Source of the DNA: Monocercomonoides exilis PA203
Taxonomy: Eukaryota; Protista; Preaxostyla
Direction: 5' to 3'
NCBI GenBank assembly: GCA_001643675.2
Contig: LSRY02000042.1
Span: forward strand, 310,001 to 374,000
Length of the DNA: 64,000 nt
Part shown: positions 40,453-51,464 of the stretch, in pieces
Position numbering within the stretch: position 1 is the stretch's first letter
Layout of the letters: each line of letters begins with the position of its first letter
The notes under the pieces: generated by a model
What the model was told of the DNA's origin: nothing
Database searches by the model: none
The model's input: the letters and a program-made list of their open reading frames with translations, nothing else
Program-made: the position numbers and the translations under genes

Positions 40453-42890
40453 TCACAAAGATTCAACAGGCAGACATCATCAAAAGAATATTTGCCCAAT
40501 TCACTCTTCCTCTTCATCGTCTCGTGTGATGTTCAGAAGGTGTCTTCCACTCACTCGGACACAAACAGTCATTATTTCTCAACAATCGCAGGCTGTTTCA
40601 TCAACGCGACATTTCGTTCCCTCAAAAAAGATATTCGTTGTGAATGCTCTTTTGTTTGACCTGCCAAACCAATCTGTTTCTCAAACACAGCAACAGCCAT
40701 ATTCGTCAACATCCTCTTCGTTTTCTCCTTCTTCAATCTCTCCTTCAGCAGCCAGCTCCATTCGCCTCATGCAGCTTATGCAGCTCACACGGGGTATCAA
40801 CAGAGAAGTGACAATAAACGAGACAGAGATGCAATTTCCACAAAAGATACAAGGCGCTCGTGTACTCAACTCTGCCTCCACACAGCCGATTGCCCAGCGC
40901 ATCCATCCAATCATTCTATACGGAGATCTGTCTGCTCATTCGCTCGAAGACCCCGCTCTGCGCTTCCTTCTTCAGGGAGTGGAGACACAAACACACCCAT
41001 CTTTATGTAAAGGAGGAGTTGTTACAAGAGCACTGACTGCTCCGTCGATGGCAAATGAGAATGTGGAGATGGCAGAAACGACAGAAAAGATGAAGAGAAA
41101 AAAAGTGCTCCCGAAGAGGATTGGATGTGTTCGTGCATTGTGGAGAAGAGAATGAAGACTGAGACAAGAAAATGACTCTGCAATAACTTCAGCTCTGCAG
41201 CATTTGGATTCATTCGCTCCATCTTCTTCTTCTTCGTATTCAAACAATAATCCAAAATTACTTCGACGCCGCCATTTTGCAGAAGCAGACGGGATGTCTT
41301 ATCTTCGCGAAGAAGAAAATGAGCTGATGTTTGTTGTGCCAACAGCTATGAAGCAGCGGAGGGCAGAATTAACGCAGAAGAATCCAACGTATTTCAGATA
41401 GATGAAGCAAAAGGAAGCAGTTACCAGAACTGTTTTGATGAAAAAGCTGAAAAGGAAAGAAATAGAACTTCCTCAATTTTCTTTTAGCAAAAATTTGGAG
41501 GAAAAGATTGAAAAAAGAAAACGCAATGAAAAAGAGAGTTGTAAAAGGCATGATTCAGAGAATGAGTCTGATTCTGATTCAAAAATGAAAGATAGAATTC
41601 AAACGAAAAAGAATGAAGAACAGATAGACAAAACTTCTTCGTGTTCATTTGAAATTCAACAAGTTCACCCAATTTTCCGTCAAACTTCATTTTCTTCACC
41701 AAAGTTTCGTGTTTTTCGACTGCTTGGCGCTTCAAGTTATTCATTTTTGCATCCATCTTCTCAGACTTATTCATCTTCACCTTTATCACATTCGTTGGCT
41801 GAGACATCAAAATCACCTTGTTCTTATTCATTGCTTGATTTATCACAGTCTTCCACCTCTTCTTCTCCTTGGGACTTCAATCGAATTGCAAAGGCGACAC
41901 AGTTACCACTTGTTCCGCACATGTTTCAACCTCTTCACAGACGCTTTCCTTCGTCTCTTTCTGATCCGCATTCACTTGTGTGGTGGATGCGCCTGATGAG
42001 CGAAATGAATTTGTAATTCAAAAACGAGAGTGATAATGATGATGACGGTGCTGATATCGAATTTGATGAAGATTCATGTTATATGGAAATAAATGATGAA
42101 AGTGATGATTGAACTGGAAAGACAATGGAACAAGAACAGCAGAGATTGAATCAAAGTAATACATTTGCCATATGCAGTCAGGGCGATAGTGCTTCATTGT
42201 GCTTGATGAACAGTCGAACAGACAGAAGAGCCAGATTAATACAAAGACGAAGGAGCAACCAGATAAATGATAATATTTATATACCACATGATTTTGATCA
42301 ATCGCAACTTCATCCTTTATATCCTTTTGTATTGTCTTCATTTTCTCCTTCAACTCCTTATTTTTCATCAACCTTCTTCAACGAACAACAAAAAAATTGT
42401 CATTTCCATTTCATTCAACTCCTGTTAAATCCAGGGCCAAGCGTCATCTTTTATTTTCTTTTCGGAAGCACAAAAGGATTATTTATTCTATCGCAGAATA
42501 TCAGCTGAAATTATATGTCAACGGAAGTGATTCAATATCAAACCAAGAAAAGCCGATCGTCGGGTGCACAATCCATGAAGGTTGCTTCTGCATAATTCAT
42601 TTTGAGATTGAAAGAATTCACCGAAAACAGAAGGAGCAGGGCAGAAAACGTTATTTGGAACAAATTATAATGTGGATGATCTTCGAGAGATTGCATAATG
42701 TCATGCGCCTTCAATATATCGCAGAAGATGAAACAAAGAGAGAAAGCGGTTGTTTTAGGAAAACAAATAATCGAAGGACAAATCTATGAAATAAGTGCGT
42801 CTGCAGCGGATGAAAAAGGAGAAATGTGAATGGCAAAAGAAATTGAAGGTTTTGAAGAGCTTGTTGATATGATTGAAGAAACAAAATTAG
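37816..42890 (+). pseudogene. Decayed large low-complexity gene(s) of unknown function (cargo)
   Basis: ORFs starting 38074, 38536 and 38770 share one frame; those starting 39395, 41204, 41402 and 42125 share another. They are separated by isolated in-frame stops; the 5' end lies in R3. Confidence 0.65.
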
Positions 42891-43998
42891 AGGAACTTAT
42901 GAAGATATATTTTTTCTGTGTTGATGTTATTCTTTTTCAAAGCAAATAGTAGCATATATGCCAGTTGAAAATGGGATGAAAGCTCATGAATTTGGAAATG
43001 ACACGGAAAATATTCAAAAATTAAAAGAAACAATGATAGAAAATCAACTGTTTTATATGATGAAAATAGAAGGAACAATAAAGAAAATAGAAAAAGGTTA
43101 TCTTTTCCAGTGATTTTTGTATTTGGAGCACGGAATGTGAGAGTGTTTGTGGGAGTGAAAGAGGAGATGAGAAGAGAGAGGGAGGCATCGCTGAAGGGAG
43201 CAACGCATCCGAGAACATGCTCCATCGTGGCAAATGGGTTTTTCTGTGTTTTGCTACAAGCATCTGCATCAATTCCACCATTTGCAACGATTTTATTCCC
43301 GTTGTTTGTTGCATCCTTTTCAACATTATCTCCATTTGACGAATCCGTTGAACTGCTCAGCAACAACAGGAACTTAATGATGAAGTTTCAGCAAAATTAA
43401 TATTAAACGCATCGCAACTTCTTTTGAAAATTCACAAATTTTATGTATATAAAGCCATCCATAATGTTCAACAAATAATATTTTCTTCAAATATTTTTGT
43501 ATTGCAAGTTTTGAAACTTGTGAATATATTTTTAAATTTTAGGTTCATTTTTATTTCATTTGATCAAAAAAAAATTCTTTTTAATCAAAACATTAAAAAG
43601 GTATGCTTTTTTTCATATGAACAAATAAAACAAATATATATGACAGAAATAAAAGCTAAATATACATGAAAAATCAATTTAACTCTTTGATCAATAAATA
43701 CCACAATATATATTATTTTTACGATTTTTGATCTTTTTTTATGATATCAAAAAAAATCACCCAAATATCAATATAGATATCGCATAAATACAGGACATCG
43801 CACAAAAAACCGGACAAGATCGAATTCACAACAACTGAAAGAGGAATAATTCTGACAATTATCCTCAAAATACATCTCATCAGTACAAACTCATTTGATA
43901 AACGAGGCTTAATGAATAGCTTCATTTGTGCTCAGAATAAAATATTTATAAAATCTCGGAGAAACTCAAAATTCTATTTCTCTAAGATTTCGAAATAT

Positions 43999-44238
43999 GG
44001 GTGATTCTTTTTGAAAAGTCACAAATGTTTAATTATCGTATTATGCAAATATTTCATATTTTGTTCAAATATCTGATTCCACTCACGAATCTTCTTCAGA
44101 ATGTATGAAATAGCATTATCAAGAAATAGATTCCATTTAAGTGAAGTTTGATATTTGTTAACATAAATTTGAGCAAAATATGAAAATTTTGATTTATTTG
44201 AAAATTGAACATTTGCGATTTTTCAAAAAGAATTACCT
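43999..44238. mobile_element. 240-bp MITE of the same GGG...CCC TIR family
   Basis: Left GGGTGATTCTTTTTGAAAAGTCACAAATGTTTAATT vs right rc AGGTAATTCTTTTTGAAAAATCGCAAATGTTCAATT; flanks ATAT and ATAC. Confidence 0.8.
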
Positions 44239-45234
44239 ATACACAAAGACAACTCAAACGCAGAAGAACAAATAAGTGACATTTCCAACGAATATTAATA
44301 AACAGAGCGATTTCTCATTAAAGCACACGAGAAATATCTTTTGCAAACACCTTTCTAGGAAGATGCAGAACTTTCTGTTTATTTTTCACATCTTAAAGGG
44401 TTCGATCAGAAAATGAAAATGGAAAAAATAATTTTGAATATTTCGAATCATTTAAAATTATATGAATCTTTGAAGTTTGGTTAAAAAGCCTGCACCTAGA
44501 TATTTTTTTGATTTGTTATTTCATCCTTTTTTCCTTTTAAATCGAAAATGCTCATTTCCGAACTAGTTATTAAAAAATCAAATTTTCAGAAGTTATGAAA
44601 AATGGAGTAAATTATAATACTCAAACAAACTTGTTTTTTAGCATTTTCGAGGTTGGTAAACTTCTCTGAAAAGCAAAAATATATTTTTTCTGAAAATAAA
44701 ACTGCTAACTTGGATCGGGTTTTGCACTCAAATCGGGTAAAGCATTCACTGTATTTCTTTTTTCCAACAAAGATAAAATGAGTAGACTTTTTTTCTCAAA
44801 TTTAAAAATCCATTTGAATAGGAAACAAAAATTGTCAATGGGGAAAAAAAGATCGTAAAACGAATTAATTTTTTTTATTAAACTGAAGAATTGAAATGAC
44901 AGATTGGTTTCTTCATTTCTTTTTCGAAAACAATTAAATGCATTTTTCTGAACGATCCTCATTAGCAAGGATTTGCTTTATGATTTCAAACAGAATATTT
45001 ATGTCATTTTTTTTCTTCTCATACTGGGCAATCTTCCTTCTTCCTTCTTTTTGACAAACTGAGTATTTATGATACAAAAAATATTTCGAAATGACATAAA
45101 TACAGAATGAAAAAAAGGCAATCATGAATTCTGAACTATCAAGCAAAATATATAATTCTTTTTACCTTCAAAATTTCTTTATTATAAATCACCTCAACTT
45201 TCCTCTTCCTCTCCTTTTCTCGAATTCTCAGTTA

Positions 45235-46723
45235 TCATCTTCCTCCTTTTGAAACAGAAAGAAGTATCAAAATTGCCTGTGCAGCGCTTATCATCCACTG
45301 CACTTGGATGGCTGCTCCCATGTTGCCTCCATACTCAACTGCATGAGTGACTGGGAAAAAGGCAAAGAAGCGAGTGAGGAAGATCCAAGGGTTGATTGCC
45401 ACATATGCAAGGGAATACAGAAATGCATTGACCAGCCACTGATTCTGAGAGAAGAACGATATTGGCGAGGAAACAAATTGCTTCACCAACTCAGGAATTT
45501 CTGCGGTTGTTCCTTTCTTTTGGGAAAGCACTTGCTTTGATTTTGTTGCTGCAGATGCAGAATTTTCTTTCTTCTGTTTGCTGCTTCCTTTCTTTCCTTT
45601 TCCGTTGCTGTTGTTGTCTTCTTCTTCATCTTTTTCTTTTCTCTTCTTTTCTTTCTTCACACTCTGTGCGTGAGTGAGTGCAGGTAACGCGATACCCCTG
45701 TAGTAGAACTCTTCAACCAGAGGCACAATCACAAAGGACAGCATGATCACAATTAACCCCACGATGCCTCCAACTGAATTGTAGGTGATTTTCCCTACAG
45801 CTGCAAGGTAGCACTGAAGTGGCTTTTGCGACAAGTAGTCATAAATTAATCCATATCCATTGTCTCCATAATCTCCTTCACCAAAAATATGAAGTTTTAG
45901 CAAACGCGAGATTAATGGAATGATTGAGGTGATCCATATGCTTTGTTCGTAAGGTCCAACCTATCCATTTTATTTAAGATTTTAAATTATAATTAATAGA
46001 ATAGCATCACAAAATACCATCTAAAATCAAAACAAAAATTCATAATATAAAATTTCATACAAATGTGAACGTAGCATATGCCCAGAAGAAATTGATCAGC
46101 AGTTGTTTTGTATTGTACAACTTTATTAATGCAAAAACTTCCTTTGCTAAAGACCATATGCGTTGAAATACTGTTGGTTGCTTTTCATTATCTCCTTGTT
46201 GCTTCTTCCTCTTTTTTGCATCATCTCTTAATTCAGCAAGATGAGGAGGCCAATACAAAAACACTTGTGAAAGATGATTTGGAATCCAGCGCCCAGTAAG
46301 TTCTTTTGACATCCACATGCAATAATATAACTCGAATGGAACAACAAATAAAAGGCTTGCAAGATAATAATTTGTAAGAGTTGGTAAATTTGGTATTAAC
46401 TGAACAAAATACATGAAAAAACGGAGAATAATAATTTTTAATTTAAAAATTCAACATACTTTAATAAGAATATTATATCCAACGAATGCAAGGAACCCAG
46501 GAATAAAATGCAAGGCAACAGCCTTCCAATAAGGCATAATAAGCGGAGAATCTTTAACATAACATTTGAAAACAAAACGAACAATCATAATATGCAAACC
46601 ATTGATATCAAGCAAATTTTTTGCCATAAAATCAGATTGAGGCTTTTGCTCACTGTCCGATATTTGAATTGCTCTCTGTATAACGTTCAGAGCATCACGA
46701 TCCAGCCTCTGCTTTGAAGTCAT
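45235..46723 (-). CDS. CPBP/Abi (type II CAAX protease-like) multi-pass membrane protein, 3 exons
   Basis: Hydrophobic exons; motif VIVPLVEEFYYRG (EExxxR); later motifs degenerate (LYSLAY, AIQVQWMIS). Confidence 0.75.
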
Positions 46724-46885
46724 TTTTTTCACAAAAAACAAAAATGGGCAAAAGAGATAATCTCTTAAATTCACTGTGTTTACATATATACAAAGAAAAT
46801 TTGATGAGAAAGAATTATTATATATATTTTCTTGAAACCATAGATATTTTTATTGAAGCAAAAATAAAAATATTGATTGCTTCCA

Positions 46886-48891
46886 ATGAATTCTGCAATA
46901 CTTGCACTTTTTCAACCAGGTTTTCTATTTTATTCAATTTTTAAAACAATGTAGTTTTATTTCTGTCTTTTTATTTTTGCTAATTGAATTTTTTAACAGG
47001 ACGTGACATACCATATCTTCCGCCTCCGCCAAGAGCTAAACCAGTTCACATGACCGGAATTTCTGATTTTATGGACAAATTTTCTGATGAACAGCCTGAC
47101 CCAGAACAGTACCCACCGATTGAATCCGTGCTGGAAAGGCGGATCAGAATTATGAAAGAAAGAAAGGAAATTCAGGAAGCTAAAATTGAAGAAGAAAAGC
47201 AAGATTGGGACCCCTCTCTTGATTCAAATGCTACACCTGATCCATCAAAAACGATTTTCGTTGCTCGATTGGTTTACAATTTCTTTCCAATTTTTATAAA
47301 CATTTTGAAAATTTGCGATTGATAAAACAATGATTGATTATTTTATAAATACAAATGATTGCTACAAATTTTTTATATTGTATATAGGATTATCAAGTTA
47401 CGGAAGGACTTTTACGTCGTGCATTTTCGATATTTGGAGAAGTTACTCACGTTCGAATTGTGAAAGATAAGAAAGGCAAGCCGCGGGGCTATGCATTTGT
47501 CCAGTTTAGGGATAGAGGGTCTTATGATAGAGCGTTTAGAGACGGCGACGGAATGCAAGTTGGGAACAGAAGAGTGCTTGTTGATGCTGAAAAGGGCCGT
47601 TTGAATCCTCGCTGGAAGCCACGTCGCTTTGGAGGTGGGAAAGGTTCAACTCGTATTGCACGAGATCCAGTCACAGAGATTGTATTTGGGTATGATTTAT
47701 TAATTATTTATTAAATGCTTATTTTCAAAAAAATACATATTTATTTAAAAAATTGCAAAATCATTTTATAACTTAATGTTTGTAATGACAACAAACGATG
47801 CATGACATCATAGTAAATTGGCTGTTGGACCTCCCCTTCCGAAGGGCAAGCCAGTACCGTTTATTCCTCCACCACCGCCTCGTCCACCAACTTCACGTTA
47901 TCCTCCACCTCCGCCTTCATCACATCATTCATCCTCTTCATCATCATCATCATCATCTTCTTCTTCCTCTTCCTCCTCTTCTTCTCATTCATCCTCATCT
48001 TCATATCCCCCACGTGGAGTGAGGCTGACTGGTGCCAATCTGATTGCACTTGGTGAGCCTTCCCACGGAGTTGATCGGCAGAGAGGAGCAGAAAGTGAAC
48101 GGGATAGAGACAGAGACAGAGACAGAGATAGAGACAGGGATAGAGAAAGAGATAGAGACAGGGATAGAGATAGAGATAGAGATAGAGACAGAGACAGAGA
48201 GAGGGAGAGAGAAAGAGAAAGAGAGAGGGAGAGGGAACGAGAACGAGAACGAGAAAGAGAAAGAGATCGAGATAGGGATAGAGACAGAGACAGAGACAGA
48301 GACAGAGACAGAGACAGAGACAGAGACAGGGATAGGGATAGGGACAGAGAGAGAGAGAGAGACAGAGAGAGAGGAAGAGATACACATAGAACACACAGCG
48401 ATAATGACAAATATTCAGACAGAAAGAGGCGCTCGTATTTGGATGAAGACAGAAGTGGAGAAGAAGGAAAAGACAGCAAAGACAGTAAGGACAATAAAGA
48501 AAGCAAAGAAAGCAAAGAGAGCAAAGAAATAAAAGATAACAAAGACATAAAAGACACCAAAGACAAAGAGAAGAAAGATCGGCGAGAGAAAAGCAGCCGA
48601 CGCGAGCGACGCCACCACAGCCGGAGCAGAAGCAGAAGCCGGAGTGAGTCTTCGAGTTCAGACAGCGAAGGCAGTTTGTCTGAGGGGAGCTCATATTCGA
48701 GTGGAGAAGGAGACACAAATGATAGCAGAAGTAGAAGTAGCAGCAGAAGCAGTAGAAGCAGTAGAAGTAGCAGTCCAGATGCACATAGAAGAAAGAAGGG
48801 GTACAGACACGGGGGAAGCAGGAGCAGAAGTGTAGACAGAGGGAATGGGAAGAAGAGGCTGATGGATGATGGAACGGGCTCGAAGGTTTAA
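46886..48891 (+). CDS. SNRNP70: U1 snRNP 70 kDa protein, 4 exons
   Basis: ILALFQP|GRDIPYLPP, WDPSLDSNATPDPSKTIFVARL, KGKPRGYAFVQF, DGMQVGNRRVLVDAEKGR...WKPRRFGGGKG, then a long RD/RE and RS-rich tail. Confidence 0.95.
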
Positions 48892-49773
48892 TGGAGAAGA
48901 AGAGGGAGGAGGATAAAAGAAGAGAAGGAAGGGGAAGAAAAGAAAAGAGAGGAAAAGAGGAGAAGAGGAAGAAAGAGAGGAAGAGAAGAGAAGAAGGGTT
49001 AGGGATTTTGTGGCTCACTTCTTTGGATTGTTGCGCATTGAGAGATAAAAATGCCAATTGTTTGCTTGGGAGCAATGAAGAAGGAAAAGAAGATAAATTG
49101 TATTTTATTTATTGTAAAAAAAAAGGAAAGAATATTTTGTTTTTATCTAATCATCACTTTATTTTTTAAAATGGCTTAATGTCGCATTTCTTTTGCTTCA
49201 ACTTTGCTTCCAAAAGTTGTAATTATTGGTGATTTTGTGAGCATTACACATCTTTCACTAAAATACAAAATTCATTTCACACATCATTCTTTTTTTGCAT
49301 GATGAACATCACAAGGAAATATTGGTAAATAATATTTCATCAACTGAATGCTTTCTATTTTTCATCATTTTATCAAATGTTATTTTAAAGATTTCGAAAT
49401 ATGACAATTTCTATTGTTTCATCAAAAAAAAAAAAAAGGTGAATAAAAATGTGCATCTTATCTTCATCAAAATGAAACAGTCACAATATAGCTTTATCTG
49501 ACAAGTACATATTTCAAAGATTGAAAAGACATTGCTCGGAAAAACGGAGGCTAATTATTGCCTAAAACCATATTAATTAATGCATGTTAAAAATTTCAGG
49601 ATTTATCACTGAAGCGGTTTACTATCGAATATTTTATAACTATATTTTCATTACGTATTTTTTTAAAATTATTGTAGGCGGTAAGAGAAGGAGAAAAAGT
49701 CCTTGCTCTTGTTCGCACCGATGAAGAAAAACCAATCCAAAAGTTTTATTTTTTGTTGTCAAATTTGATTTGA

Positions 49774-51430
49774 TTGCTTGTCGTATACAACAATTCTAAT
49801 GAAATATTTAGGCTATTGATTGTTCAAATAGAAGCAGACAAACCTCCACAAATTTTGCAAACATGCGCTTTTGAGCGAACAAGCAATTGGTCAATTATTG
49901 AAACTGAAGGAGTTGTCAAGGGACTTGGATTTTCTCTAAGTTATTCAGACGGACGCATATTCAAAAGAATGTTTTCATGCACGGATATTTCTCAGCTTCA
50001 TTCTTTCATTTCTTTCGTAACAAGGAAAGAAAGGGAACGCACAATTTCAAGTCAAAAACGAGAGGAATCACAACATCAACATGACGAGCGCGAAACATCC
50101 AACAAGCAACTTGAAAAACACCCGCCTTCATTTGACCTTAATCCATTGAAACAAAAGCTCAAAGAAGCTCCAACGGCAATTGCACATGCAATTAATGCAA
50201 TTGTTCCTCAGTCAATGAGGCGCATACCGCAGCAGCCTCAATCAGCAACGCAAAAAGAGGGTGATGCTTCGATTGTCCGCACCCAATCAAGTAAAAAAGA
50301 CCTCGTCCAGATGTCAACATCGCTTCTGCAGTCAATCAAGAAGCCGCTGGGTGAGATGGCACACAAAGTCCAAATGAACATGCCACCGCTCAATGCAAGT
50401 CTACGCTATTTCAAAGCAGAAGCTCCAGACCACACATTTCACAGGGATATTCCCCGAATCTCAGCCAGAAGCATTCCTCCGCTGGAGACACACACTCTTC
50501 ATCAGCTGACTGTTGGGTGTGTGACGTGGAATGTGATGCGGATGAAGAAGAGGCTGCCGCTGAAGAAGATGGTTGCGCTGGTGTCAGACGCACACAGGGC
50601 GATGTGGGGGTGGAGAGAAGAGGAGGAGAGGGAGATTGAGAGGGAAAGGGAAAGGAAAGAACGAGAAGCCAGAGAAAGGAGAAATAGAAGGAGAAGAAGA
50701 AACACAAAACAGAATAGATTAAACGAAGTTTATAAAGATAAACACACAAATTCAAAACAAGAACCATCCACTCAAACCAAATCCTCATCCTCCTTTCCCC
50801 GCACTTCTCATTATTCCCATCTTTCATACAACCATTCCACAAGACCAACTCCTCCTTCACTGTTTGTAGTGTCTCTACAGGAAGTGCAGCTGGACGTGGC
50901 TGGAATTCTTGCGGAGGAAACAGAGCTGAAGCAGCAGTGGTCGAGGCTGTGGCTGAGGGCATTGAACAGATTCTACTTTGGAATAAGGCCGAGGACGAAG
51001 GAGGATGGGAGAGAAGGGAGAGAAGAATTGGAAAGAGAAGGAAGAGGAAGAGGAAGAGAAAGGGAAGAAGGAAGAGAAAAAGGAAGAGAAAGAAGAGAAG
51101 AAGAGAGGAGGAGGAAAAGAAATGGAAGAAATGGAAAGAAAGAGGAAGAGAACAGAAGAAAAACACCACGTCCACAACCACCATATGAGGCAGATGCAAA
51201 GAAAGAGGAACAACAGAACAGAGAAAACGAAGAAGAAGAAGAAGAATACGAAAGTGAAGAAGAAAGTGAGAAGGAAGAGGAAGAGGAAGAAGATGATGAA
51301 AAAGAATTTGAAAAAGAACTTTATGAAGAAGAGAATGAAATTTCAAGTGAAATAACAGATTCATATTCCGATTATGATGAATACGACGACTTCCACATTT
51401 CATCTGAAGATCCAACATTATCATCAAATA

Positions 51431-51464
<34 letters not shown>

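Larger units (their letters stand above)
13073..43762. mobile_element. Candidate giant (~30.7 kb) Sola-type DNA transposon with cargo
   Basis: Left TIR GGGTGATTTTTTTTGATATCATGAAAAA (13073-13100) vs reverse complement of 43735-43762: 22/22 terminal and 27/28 overall identity. AAAT on both sides (13069-13072, 43763-43766). Contains a Sola-like transposase; host genes stop at both borders. Confidence 0.75.

Noticed and set aside
13698-42890. Alternative genetic code explaining the in-frame stops
   Set aside because: All three stop types and frameshifts occur, and intact genes in the window terminate at TAA and TGA.
47861-49075. Long antisense and alternate-frame ORFs over the U1-70K tail, and similar ORFs over the 5-phosphatase, PUF60 and USP genes
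   Set aside because: Shadows of purine/pyrimidine repeats that lack stop codons in several frames; no domain content.
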